From Vulcanimicrobiota bacterium (GTDB lineage Bacteria; Vulcanimicrobiota; CADAWZ01; Ess09-12), in assembly GCA_031082125.1 (NCBI GenBank), contig JAVHLM010000029.1, positions 1,478 through 65,477 on the forward strand: a stretch of DNA of 64,000 bases, read 5' to 3'. Positions within the stretch are counted from its first letter, which is position 1; the number at the start of each line of letters is the position of its first letter. A program made the translations under genes and the position numbers. The notes under the pieces are model-generated. The model did no database searches and was not told the DNA's origin. It was given only the letters and a program-made list of their open reading frames with translations. Below, in pieces: positions 1-8,836 of this stretch.

Positions 1-2
1 TG

Positions 3-1550
3 TGGAATTGCCGCATCGGCGATACCTGCGAGGTCGCCCGGGAGGCTGGCGAGGGGCGGGGCAACGAGGGGCAGGCCGCTGAAACTCCGTGGTCTTCTCA
101 GTGGAGCATCTTCTACCCGTCGTGGCTGGAAGAGTGCCGCAGTGGCAGTGAAGCCGGCGCGGTCTCTGCCAGGGCTATCGCAGGGAAGCTCATCAAGGCC
201 GCCTCGATCCGCCAGAGGCTCGACGTGGCCACAGGGATGCTCCTGCGGGCTATGGACACAAGGCAGCTTCAGCGCCTTCTCGGCTTTGAGTTCATCGAGG
301 ACTACGCCGTGGATCGCTGCGGCTTCTCGATGGCCCAGACCCGCCAGCTCATAAGGCTTGCCGAGGGCTTCCACCGCCACTCCCTCACGGAAGATGCCTT
401 CAGGAAGGGCACCATCACCAGGGAGCAGGCGCGCCTCATTCTGCCTCTTGTGGACTCCAGGAATGAGTCGCAGTGGATTGCCTATGCAGCGAGTGTGCCC
501 ACCGTTGACCTCAGGGAAGAGACGAGGCGCATCGCCAGGATCCTGGAGTATGACTGCCTTGCCTCGCACAATTATATGATTCTTCCCGGGTTTCGCTATG
601 TCACCGACGAGAGGTTTCACGACCTGCCGGAGGAGATGCAGGACATCATAAGGACAGGAGCCTGGTATACAGGTCCTTCTCTCAATCCTTCGTGGCCCCT
701 TGAGTCAGACGACGAGGAGCTCATCGCCTCCCGGGACAGGCGCTTTGAGAAACCTTGGAAATATTTCAGCGATGTGGAAGAGATGAAGGCCGCCGAGGCT
801 TCCAGTAAAATTGAAAAAGATTCCAGGCTGTGTGCGGGCTTCGGGGAGCAGGCGGAGGGAAATTCTCTGTGTGCAGGTGAACACTACGGGGTAGCGCATG
901 GGCATCTCGAGCATCAGTGCACATGTACGCTGTGTGCAGGTCATGGGGCAGTGGAAAAAGCCAGGGGAGCCTGCACCATCCCTCACGGAGAGAGCCCTGA
1001 GGAGACCTTCCTGGTGGATATCCTCTCATCAAGAGATCCTCTTCAGGCCACCAGGGGCTTCATGACAATCAAGTTCTTTCTCCCCCGGGAGCTCTATGAA
1101 GTCTGGAACAATGCCGCAAGGGCCTTTCTCGAAAGGCTCTCCCGGGCGGAGGCCTCCGGCGGGGGCTCCGGTGATTTGCTGAGGGGCCCTGAAGAGAAAT
1201 TCCTTGCCGCGCTCATGGCGGACTATCTCAGGACCGAGGGCACCTTGAAAAAAGCGGCCCATCATCACAAGATCCTGAAACGTGACCGGTTCCGCTGCCA
1301 GACCCCGGGTTGCTGCTGTCGGCGGGGCCTCCATGTCCATCATATCATCAGGCGCTCCCAGGGCGGCACCGATGCCCCCTGGAATCTCATCGTGCTCTGC
1401 GAAGCCTGCCACCTCCACCTCCTCCATGGCCTCCGGACCCTCACTGTGAGGGGCAGGGCGCCCTATGACCTCAGCTTCACTTTCGGATCCCCCTTGGAAG
1501 GAGGGGCCCCTTTCCTGGTTTATGGGAACGGCTCGAGAAAGCGGCTCTGA
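3..1550 (+). CDS. DUF222-like / HNH endonuclease domain protein (5'-truncated by the window edge)
   Basis: The frame of ORF 225..1550 is open from position 3. The C-terminus has the HNH signature RDRFRCQTPGC...LHVHHIIRRSQGGTDAPWNLIVLCEACH. The N-terminal segment LGFEFIEDYAVDRCGFS...EDAFRKGTITREQAR resembles DUF222-type helical repeats. Confidence 0.8.
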   Translation, partial: WNCRIGDTCEVAREAGEGRGNEGQAAETPWSSQWSIFYPSWLEECRSGSEAGAVSARAIAGKLIKAASIRQRLDVATGMLLRAMDTRQLQRLLGFEFIEDYAVDRCGFSMAQTRQLIRLAEGFHRHSLTEDAFRKGTITREQARLILPLVDSRNESQWIAYAASVPTVDLREETRRIARILEYDCLASHNYMILPGFRYVTDERFHDLPEEMQDIIRTGAWYTGPSLNPSWPLESDDEELIASRDRRFEKPWKYFSDVEEMKAAEASSKIEKDSRLCAGFGEQAEGNSLCAGEHYGVAHGHLEHQCTCTLCAGHGAVEKARGACTIPHGESPEETFLVDILSSRDPLQATRGFMTIKFFLPRELYEVWNNAARAFLERLSRAEASGGGSGDLLRGPEEKFLAALMADYLRTEGTLKKAAHHHKILKRDRFRCQTPGCCCRRGLHVHHIIRRSQGGTDAPWNLIVLCEACHLHLLHGLRTLTVRGRAPYDLSFTFGSPLEGGAPFLVYGNGSRKRL

Positions 1551-1741
1551 GCCGAAAGCACGCTTGAGGAGATGATACCATAACCTGGATAAAGGCTTTT
1601 CCGCAGGAGGGCAGGGAAAATCTCCGGGCCTCCCGGCTCTGGTGCTGCAAAGAAATTTCAATTTCTCCAAAGATTGTGAAATATGGTATTACGATAACTC
1701 ACCCATCACTTGACAGGGCCCATCCATATCAGTAGTACCCA

Positions 1742-1948
1742 TTATTGCCGGACCGATTCCCTCAGGGCCGCCCGGGCAAGGATTCTCGTAGAATCCAGGG
1801 TTGGGAGAGGTGACCGCTCATTGCTCATGATGAGAGGGATCTCCGTGCACCCAAGCACCACGGCATCGCATCCCCTGTCACCCAGCTTTCTGATCACCTC
1901 CACGAAGTAGTCCCTGGAGCCGTCATTCAGCACTCCCTTCACCAGCTC
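1742..1948 (-). pseudogene. C-terminal remnant of an aspartate/glutamate racemase family gene
   Basis: ELVKG...GCDAVVLGCTEIPL...LPTLDSTRILARAAL contains the second catalytic-Cys motif of Asp/Glu racemases. Similarity stops at about 1948 and the N-terminal two thirds are absent. Confidence 0.75.
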
Positions 1949-2045
1949 TATGTCTCTGCATTTTCCTTTCCTCTCTTTCTCAATCCCGTGCAGTGAGCAG
2001 GAGCCGCGTCCGGCCTGTCAGGAGCGAATTCCACGAAAGCCCGGC

Positions 2046-2429
2046 TCAGGGAGCCTGCCACTGCTTTTTCATGGCTGCATCCGTCAGCGTTATCTTCGGC
2101 TTGTCGTCTTTCATGGAGAGCTCCATGCGGACATTGCCCCTGCTGTCATAGAGAAAAAGGACCGGGTATCCCTGGGGCCGCACTGCCAATGCCGCAACGG
2201 TCCTGTCTGAGCGTCCCACCACCTCGAATACCTGGGCCTCCACCATATCAGCCTTAATCGTGCCCGCGGTAATAGTATCAGACTGGGCCTGCGCCAGCGG
2301 GGGGCGGAGGCATTGCACCACCATGAGGCACATCAGGAGAGCGATAATGATGCAGAAAGAGATCCTCCAGAGCCTGGCCTCCCTCTCAAGAGCCTTGACG
2401 CGTGCACATAATCCGGTAATCTCATCCAT
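2046..2429 (-). CDS. hypothetical membrane-anchored protein (127 aa)
   Basis: AGGAGG RBS precedes the ATG at 2429. Short coiled coil, one hydrophobic helix (ISFCIIIALLMCLMVV), then a beta-rich tail. Confidence 0.65.
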   Translation of the reverse strand: MDEITGLCARVKALEREARLWRISFCIIIALLMCLMVVQCLRPPLAQAQSDTITAGTIKADMVEAQVFEVVGRSDRTVAALAVRPQGYPVLFLYDSRGNVRMELSMKDDKPKITLTDAAMKKQWQAP

Positions 2430-2715
2430 AAGAGAATCCTCCTTCTTCCGGTCCTGCGGTTTCAGAGACACTGCTTTAAAAATGGTGCTCTTGATATATT
2501 TCCCGGGCTGAGGCTTCTTCCTGCTTGCGCACACTTATACTGCGAGTTATGCATGGCTCTCAGGGGAACTCTTGCCGGGGTGGTTCTTTTTTGCTGAGAT
2601 TGTGGGGAGCCAGAGCAATAGGTCGTTCAAAAGGACACTGAAGCGGAGAAATTTCACCATCAGGACGTTATCAATAAAGAGGCCGGGCAGATGAAGGCCG
2701 TGAAAATGGCACACC

Positions 2716-2741
2716 AAAAAAGGCCCTCTTTCGAGGGCCTT
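2716..2741 (-). terminator. rho-independent terminator of 2774..3364
   Basis: The minus strand reads AAGGCCCTC-GAAA-GAGGGCCTT followed by a T run, about 30 nt after the stop codon. Confidence 0.8.
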
Positions 2742-2773
2742 GTATCATACACTGTCAGGTTTTTCTGCTACGG

Positions 2774-3364
2774 CTATGGCTTAGGCTGCTCCGACGGGGG
2801 CGGGGCCGGGGGAGCCTGGGGCTGGCTTTCAAACTTGCCTGCCACCCAGTCCACGAATTTACCGCCCATCTCGGCGCCTTTCTTCATGCCTCCAAGCGTA
2901 CCTTTGGCAGCACCCTTGGTGGCTGCGAATGCTCCATCAACGGCTCCGGGAAGCGCCGAGGTGACTGTTGCTCCGATAATCGGGCCAAGCACCGCACCTA
3001 TCACCAGGCCGGGAAGGCCTCCGGTGACAACGCCCATTACGGAGCCGTTGATAAGGCCGCCGACCGCTCCGGCTGCTCTCATCACCTTCATGACCCCGGG
3101 ACTTACGAGCTCGTGGGGAGTCTCGGTGGCCGCTCCCTTGATGGCGCCGCTTACCGCGCCGGGAACTGCTCCTATGGCGCCCCCGACAAGTTTGCCAAGG
3201 CCCCTGAAGGCTTTATGGGCAAAACCCTCATCCTTGACCTGCCCTCCTGTCTCCACGCTGTCCTGGGGAGGAGCGGGAGCGGCCTCAGGCTTTTCAGCCG
3301 GTGTCTGCACCTGGCCGGCATCGGGGCGGGTTACTGGCGTACCTGCATTTCTTATCGAGTCCAT
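2774..3364 (-). CDS. glycine-zipper (GxxxG-rich) membrane-associated hypothetical protein
   Basis: CAGGAGG RBS, own promoter and terminator, Pro-rich termini, and repeated GAIGAVPGAVSGAIKG / GLPGLVIGAVLG motifs. Confidence 0.75.
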   Translation of the reverse strand: MDSIRNAGTPVTRPDAGQVQTPAEKPEAAPAPPQDSVETGGQVKDEGFAHKAFRGLGKLVGGAIGAVPGAVSGAIKGAATETPHELVSPGVMKVMRAAGAVGGLINGSVMGVVTGGLPGLVIGAVLGPIIGATVTSALPGAVDGAFAATKGAAKGTLGGMKKGAEMGGKFVDWVAGKFESQPQAPPAPPPSEQPKP

Positions 3365-3411
3365 ATTCGAAAACCTCCTGAATGGTATTTATTATCTCCT
3401 CCGACATACTA

Positions 3412-3466
3412 ATATTACCATAAAGAACAAGGGCATGTAAGATGGAGGGTGTTAACGTTTTGTTAA
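3412..3466 (-). promoter_or_regulatory. sigma70-like promoter with upstream 11-bp-period direct repeat
   Basis: Minus strand: TTAACA-N5-TTAACA (3466-3450), then TTACAT-17 bp-TAATAT with an extended -10 TG. Confidence 0.55.
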
Positions 3467-3552
3467 TATATAGCTCTCTCTGTTCACACCTTGTTCATCG
3501 CGGGGACGGCAGAAGAGGGTAAAACAGTCATATCTGCAAGGAAAATCCCTTG

Positions 3553-3604
3553 TTGACGGAACGATGAAATGACCATATAATATAGTTGAAAGAGGTGGTC
3601 ATTT
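3553..3604 (+). promoter_or_regulatory. vapBC promoter with inverted-repeat operator
   Basis: TTGACG (3553-3558)-17 bp-TATAAT (3576-3581). A perfect 9-bp inverted repeat AAATGACCA (3567-3575) / TGGTCATTT (3596-3604) flanks the -10 element and start site. Confidence 0.8.
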
Positions 3605-3873
3605 TGAAGGAAGTATCGGTTACCGAAGGCAAAAAACACTTTACCTCGCTTATCGCCCTCACGGAAAAAGGTGAGCTTATAAAGGTCCTGAAGAGGAAAA
3701 AGCCCGTGGCGGTCTTGCTGCCTCACCGCGAATACCGCAAAATCAAGAAAATCATGAGCTATATTTCCATGAAAACCCTGGCGGAAGAGCTCAAGGGCGG
3801 GGCTCCCGCCCTGTCTTCACTGATAGAGGAATCGAGAAAGATGCTGGAATCCCGTCATGATGATGGTCGTTGA
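3604..3873 (+). CDS. vapB: type II antitoxin, Phd/YefM family
   Basis: MKEVSVTEGKKHFTSLI...GELIKVLKRKKPVAVL matches the Phd fold. The TTG at 3604 has a GAGGTG RBS, whereas the track start at 3586 lies at or before the predicted transcription start. Overlaps the PIN toxin gene. Confidence 0.85.
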   Translation: MKEVSVTEGKKHFTSLIALTEKGELIKVLKRKKPVAVLLPHREYRKIKKIMSYISMKTLAEELKGGAPALSSLIEESRKMLESRHDDGR

Positions 3874-4285
3874 CGCAAGCGTGCTTCTCTCTGCATACTT
3901 CCCTGATGAGGATACTCACATGAAGGCGCAGACGCTCATGGGCAATTGTGCTGCCGACATGGTGGAGCTTTTCGCTCCGCGCTTTGCCCGCTATGAGATT
4001 ATCAATGCCTGCCATGTCGCGTTCCGGAGAGGAAGAGTGATACTGCCGAAGGCTTTACAGATATCCGAAGCGATTCATGACATGGTAAGCTTCTGCGAGG
4101 ATGATTTTGACGCCGCAGAGCTCTTGGAGCTCTCGGAGCGTTATCAGATATGCACCTATGACGCCATATACCTCGCCCAGGCGGGGAGCCTGGGCGCGCC
4201 TCTTATCACCGCGGACAGGAAGCTCTTTGAGAGAGTCGCCGGGAAAAAGGGTGATATCATGTGGATCGGCAATTACAGCGCCTGA
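3857..4285 (+). CDS. vapC: type II toxin, VapC PIN-domain ribonuclease
   Basis: PIN acidic motifs VVDASV, YEIIN, YDAIYL and LITAD. 142 aa, directly downstream of the antitoxin. Confidence 0.9.
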   Translation: MMMVVDASVLLSAYFPDEDTHMKAQTLMGNCAADMVELFAPRFARYEIINACHVAFRRGRVILPKALQISEAIHDMVSFCEDDFDAAELLELSERYQICTYDAIYLAQAGSLGAPLITADRKLFERVAGKKGDIMWIGNYSA

Positions 4286-4376
4286 AGTGAGCGGCCTGTG
4301 AAAAGGCCTGTGGGGAAGGATACCGCGCCGTCACAGAGAAGAACATTTACCTGAATTTCCTCTCCCGGAGGTATCC

Positions 4377-6773
4377 ATGAAAATGGTGCAGAAAATTGTT
4401 ATAGCATTACTCTGTCTTCTTTCACTCCCCGCGGGCGCCCGGGCCTCCTCATCATACCGCCTCCCTCCCCCCGACATCGTGAAGCTCATTGACGCGCCGG
4501 TGCCGCCGAGGGTCTCTGTCTCGCCTGACGGCGCGAACCTCATTCTGATAGAGCGGACCCTCTACCCTCCTCTTGAGCTTTTTGCGCGGCCGGTACGGCC
4601 CCTGGCAGGGATGAAGATTGAACCGGCAAAATGGTGCCTCCAGCGCCTTACCCTTTATCATGGGCTCTCCCTTGTAGATGCCGGCACTGGAAAGACCACC
4701 CGTATCAAGCTTCCAGCGGGCTCAAACATCGATGTCCCGCGATGGGCGCCGCAGGGTGGCTCCTTTGCCTTTACCCGTGACGGTGAAAAGGGCCTCGAAC
4801 TCTGGATCGGAAGCCTTCCAGAGGGGAAGATACGGAAAATTGAAGGGATAACCCTCACCAACATCACCGGTTCCCCCTTCAAGTGGGAGCGCGACGGTAT
4901 CCATATGCTCCTCCGCCTCGTTCCCGGGTCCTCCGGCCCGCCCCCTCCCGAGCCCCTGGTGCCGGAAAGCCCAGTCACAGAAGAGACTCAAGGCCGCGTC
5001 GCCAAGGTGAAGACTTACCAGAACCTCATCAAGAGCAGCTACGACGAGAAGCTTTTTGATTATTACGGGAAGTGCCAGCCGGCTCTTCTGGATACGGCAA
5101 CAGGCAAGATTGCCGCTGTGGGCGGACCAGGAATCTACCTGGATATCTCCTTGTCTCCTGACGGGTCGTACCTCCATGTGACAAGGCTTGAAAAGCCATA
5201 CTCGCGCAAGGTGCCCTTCTCAATGTTCGCCTGCTCCGAAGAGATCTGGGATCGTGAAGGCAAGGTGCTCAAGGTGATTGCCAGGATCCCCATCCAGGAG
5301 GAAGTGCCCCCCGACGGCGTGCCCGAGGGCCCCAGGGAGATCACATGGCAGCCCTTCTGCAAGGCACGCCTTATATGGGTTGAAGCCCTGGATGGAGGCG
5401 ACCCCCAAAGGCGTGTCCCATTCAGGGAGAAGGTGGTCTCATTTGAGGCGCCCTTCACCGGCACGCCTTCCACTCTATTCACCATAAAGGATCGTTTTAC
5501 ATCCCTCGCGTTCCTTAAGGAGAAAAACAGGGCAATAGTCACTTCCTTTGACCGCGCAAAACGCTGGACCACCACCCACCTCGTGGAGATGAGCACGGGC
5601 TTCCCATTCGGTGAGCCTCTTTTCAGCAGGAATTTCAACGACGACTACCATGATCCCGGGAGTCCCGTCAACGAAGTGACAGGCGGTGAGTGGTGTGTCG
5701 CCCAGGACGGCAGCACCATCTACCTAGCAGGGAAAGGCGCCACTCCCGAGGGAGAGATGCCCTTCCTCTCGGCCTGCATGCTGCCCCGCGGGGAGCAGAA
5801 GCCCCTTTTCCGCTCGAGGGACAAGGCTTATGAATCCTTCATTGCCTTTTACAGGGGAGCGCGGGATACCATCCTCATAAGGAGCGAGGATGTCGATACT
5901 CCTCCCAACTTCTACCTGCTGAACCTGAAATCCGGCGAGAGGAAAAAGCTTACCGATTACGTCGATCCCACGCCGGAGCTGAGGTCGATAACCAAGGAGC
6001 TTGTGAAATACAAAAGGGCCGACGGCGTTGAGCTCTCAGGGACCCTGTTCCTTCCGCCGGGCTATGAGAAGAAACGGGGGCCCCTCCCCCTGGTGATATG
6101 GGCTTACCCCCTTGAGTACACTGACAGCTCGGTAGCCGGGCAGGTAAGGGGCTCTCCCTACCAGTTCTCCCTTTACACAGGCCCCTCTCACCTTCTCTTC
6201 CTCACCAGGGGCTATGCTGTCCTCTCCAACGCCGCAATGCCCGTGGTGGGCGATCCTGAGACAAAGAATAACAACTTTATCGAGCAGATAGTGCAGTCTG
6301 CAAAGGCGGCTATCGACTGCCTTGCATCAAGGGGCATCGCCGACCCGTCAAAAGTAATGGTGGGAGGCCACTCCTACGGTGCTTTCATGACGGCGAACCT
6401 CCTGGCCCACTCGCGCCTTTTTGCCGCCGGAATCGCCAGGAGCGGCGCCTACAACAGAACCCTCACCCCATTCGGCTTCCAGAACGAGAGGCGCTCCTTC
6501 TGGGAGGCGCCCGAAGTCTACATCAAGATGTCGCCCTTCACTTACGCCGACAAGATAAAGGATCCCCTCCTCATCATCCATGGCGAGGACGATGACAATT
6601 CGGGCACCTTCCCCATGCAGAGCGAGCGCCTCTATGATGCCATAAAGGGGAACGGCGGCACGGCGCGCCTCGTACTGCTGCCGCTGGAGAGCCATGCTTA
6701 CGGCGCCAGGGAGTCGGTGCTCCATGTGATTGCAGAGATGCTGGACTGGGGTGAGCGCCATGGGAAAAGGTGA
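4377..6773 (+). CDS. secreted S9 family (S9D glutamyl-peptidase-like) serine peptidase
   Basis: Signal peptide, beta-propeller region, nucleophile motif GGHSYG, ARSGAYNRTLTPFGFQ, IHGEDDDNSGTF and ESH catalytic His. Confidence 0.9.
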   Translation: MKMVQKIVIALLCLLSLPAGARASSSYRLPPPDIVKLIDAPVPPRVSVSPDGANLILIERTLYPPLELFARPVRPLAGMKIEPAKWCLQRLTLYHGLSLVDAGTGKTTRIKLPAGSNIDVPRWAPQGGSFAFTRDGEKGLELWIGSLPEGKIRKIEGITLTNITGSPFKWERDGIHMLLRLVPGSSGPPPPEPLVPESPVTEETQGRVAKVKTYQNLIKSSYDEKLFDYYGKCQPALLDTATGKIAAVGGPGIYLDISLSPDGSYLHVTRLEKPYSRKVPFSMFACSEEIWDREGKVLKVIARIPIQEEVPPDGVPEGPREITWQPFCKARLIWVEALDGGDPQRRVPFREKVVSFEAPFTGTPSTLFTIKDRFTSLAFLKEKNRAIVTSFDRAKRWTTTHLVEMSTGFPFGEPLFSRNFNDDYHDPGSPVNEVTGGEWCVAQDGSTIYLAGKGATPEGEMPFLSACMLPRGEQKPLFRSRDKAYESFIAFYRGARDTILIRSEDVDTPPNFYLLNLKSGERKKLTDYVDPTPELRSITKELVKYKRADGVELSGTLFLPPGYEKKRGPLPLVIWAYPLEYTDSSVAGQVRGSPYQFSLYTGPSHLLFLTRGYAVLSNAAMPVVGDPETKNNNFIEQIVQSAKAAIDCLASRGIADPSKVMVGGHSYGAFMTANLLAHSRLFAAGIARSGAYNRTLTPFGFQNERRSFWEAPEVYIKMSPFTYADKIKDPLLIIHGEDDDNSGTFPMQSERLYDAIKGNGGTARLVLLPLESHAYGARESVLHVIAEMLDWGERHGKR

Positions 6774-6803
6774 GCCAGCCGGGCCCTATTTCCTCAGCCC
6801 CGA

Positions 6804-7907
6804 CTACCCGGAGGCCGCTTCAAGCTTTGCCAGGGCCTCCCTCAGTGTGCCGGTATCCTGCCCGGCAGGATCCTTCTGTGCAATCTCGAGACCTGTCTTC
6901 AGGAGAAGCCTTGCCGAATCAATATCGTTCACCTCACGGTAAATCCTTGCGGCATCAATGAGAAAGGCAGTGGCAAGCGAAGGCATCATGGCATTCATGA
7001 GGGGAATTATCAAGCCGGTTAACTGCTTCATCCTGTCATACTGAGCAGTCTCCGCGTAGAGGTCGATGAGTTTCATGATCCACAGCAGAGAGGGAAGCCC
7101 CAGCCCCTGCTGAACGGAGCTCTGAAGCGTCATCTCCGCCAGGTGGCAGGCCTCGGTATAATGGCCTGCCGCCTTGAGTGCTTCATATTTTTCGATCTCA
7201 TCCATGGGAGCCTGAAGGATTTCTTTCGCACCGGGGGCTTCGCGGCTTTCTGCCGCCTTGCCCATGGGAGAGGGTCTCAAGAGCTCCTCCTTTTCCAGGG
7301 CACGCTTCTGGGAGGCCTTGTCCCTTGCCTCCTTTTCCCTGGCGCCATGAGTCTCAAGGAAGGTGACAATCTCCCCATGGCCTCCCTCGGCAGCATAATC
7401 CCTTGGGAGCCTCCCCTGGTAATCCTTGAGATTGAGAAAAGCGCCGTATGAGGCAAGGAGCTCCACGATGCCTCTTTGGCCTCTCCCTGCAGCGCAATGC
7501 AGGGCTGTGGCACCTTTATTGTCGGCGGCACCGATTTCCGCCATAGTGGAGAGAAGGAGCTTCACCACCTCTTCGTGGCCGCCTTCAGCGGCCCTGATAA
7601 GGGCGGTGCAGCCTTCATCATCCCTTTCATTGACTCTTGCGCCCCAGGCGATGAGAAGATCTGCCATCTCCCTGCTGCCATTGATTGCAGCAATATGAAG
7701 CGGAGTGTTTCCGAAGGGATTTTTCTCATTGACAAGGATAACCCAGTGAAGGGAGCGCTTCACAAGACCGCAATCATCTGCGGTAACGGCGCTGAAAAAC
7801 TCCTCGGGCTGCTTCTTTATGGACTGGACGATGTTCTCGCCCTTTTTCTTTACTGTGTCAATGAGGTCCCCCGCCTTGTTCCTGAGAGACCTGAACAGAT
7901 TATCCAT
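6804..7907 (-). CDS. ankyrin repeat protein with helical (TPR-like) C-terminus
   Basis: GNTPLHIAA, GCTALIRAA, GATALHCAA and GRLPRDYAA repeats; GGAGG RBS. Confidence 0.85.
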   Translation of the reverse strand: MDNLFRSLRNKAGDLIDTVKKKGENIVQSIKKQPEEFFSAVTADDCGLVKRSLHWVILVNEKNPFGNTPLHIAAINGSREMADLLIAWGARVNERDDEGCTALIRAAEGGHEEVVKLLLSTMAEIGAADNKGATALHCAAGRGQRGIVELLASYGAFLNLKDYQGRLPRDYAAEGGHGEIVTFLETHGAREKEARDKASQKRALEKEELLRPSPMGKAAESREAPGAKEILQAPMDEIEKYEALKAAGHYTEACHLAEMTLQSSVQQGLGLPSLLWIMKLIDLYAETAQYDRMKQLTGLIIPLMNAMMPSLATAFLIDAARIYREVNDIDSARLLLKTGLEIAQKDPAGQDTGTLREALAKLEAASG

Positions 7908-7972
7908 TGCACCTCCCCGGGTTCCTTCCTGACATTCAAGCCATGAGAAGAGGACTCACCATGAAGGGCTTT

Positions 7973-8764
7973 CTAAGGCACGGCAATCTGAGAACTTTCG
8001 ATACCGGAAAAGCGCAGCTTCATGGTCTTGATTCCCTTCCCATTGAGGCCGTTTTCTCCCGTGAAGAGGAGGGTGAAGCTCTGCTTGGGATTCAGGGTGA
8101 TCACATTCACCGGGATGCATGGCCCGGCGTGATTCTTTCCGCTGGAGAGGGGAACAAAGCTCTCTCCGTTTACGGAGACGGTCCAGAAGCATGCGGGGCA
8201 GAAATCCCATAAAGCTCTGATCTGGCGGTCCGAGATGTTGCTCATGGTGGCTTTGATTGACGCCGAGACTGAGTCGCCATCTTTCTTCACGTCATAGAGC
8301 TCTGCCGACAGAGAGATACGCTCTTTCAATGAAGAGGCGTCGCGGTCGGCCGATTTAAGCTCGTCGGCAAATTTCCTTATCTTGTCCTCCATGGAGGTAG
8401 AATACTTGAGGGGCTGCGGTTTCGGGCCGGCGAGGCGGTAATAGGGGCTCTCGCTTTCCTTGGTGAGGCAGAGAATATATCTTCCCCTTGCAATCTGCCC
8501 GCCCTGCTTCGGGACAGGGAGCTGGATGACGTTGGAGTTCACCGTGCCTTTTAAAATCGCCATAATGGTGAACTTGTACATGGCCTGGTCTTTCAGAGAC
8601 GACGCAGCATCGCCGGAGGGGGGATCAAGCTCACCGCTCACCACGAGCGAGCTCTGCACCACATAGGCTTTCGCCTCGTCGTCAAAAACCTCTTTGTCGG
8701 CGAATGAGGGGGAGCCTATAAGAAAAAAGGCAAGCAGGAGACACAGGATCTTTTGTAATTTCAT
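7973..8764 (-). CDS. secreted hypothetical protein
   Basis: Sec signal peptide (MKLQKILCLLLAFFLIGSPSFA), GAGGT RBS, 263 aa. Confidence 0.7.
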   Translation of the reverse strand: MKLQKILCLLLAFFLIGSPSFADKEVFDDEAKAYVVQSSLVVSGELDPPSGDAASSLKDQAMYKFTIMAILKGTVNSNVIQLPVPKQGGQIARGRYILCLTKESESPYYRLAGPKPQPLKYSTSMEDKIRKFADELKSADRDASSLKERISLSAELYDVKKDGDSVSASIKATMSNISDRQIRALWDFCPACFWTVSVNGESFVPLSSGKNHAGPCIPVNVITLNPKQSFTLLFTGENGLNGKGIKTMKLRFSGIESSQIAVP

Positions 8765-8836
8765 AGGTACCTCAGGGTTGAGAGATATAGATTCTCTTTA
8801 TTATGTTCCCCTTGAGCCTCCCCCCTCTCCTGCCGG

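Noticed and set aside
2691-3440. 249-aa Pro/Ala/Thr-rich plus-strand ORF
   Set aside because: It is the mirror of the glycine-rich minus-strand gene, which has the RBS, promoter and terminator.
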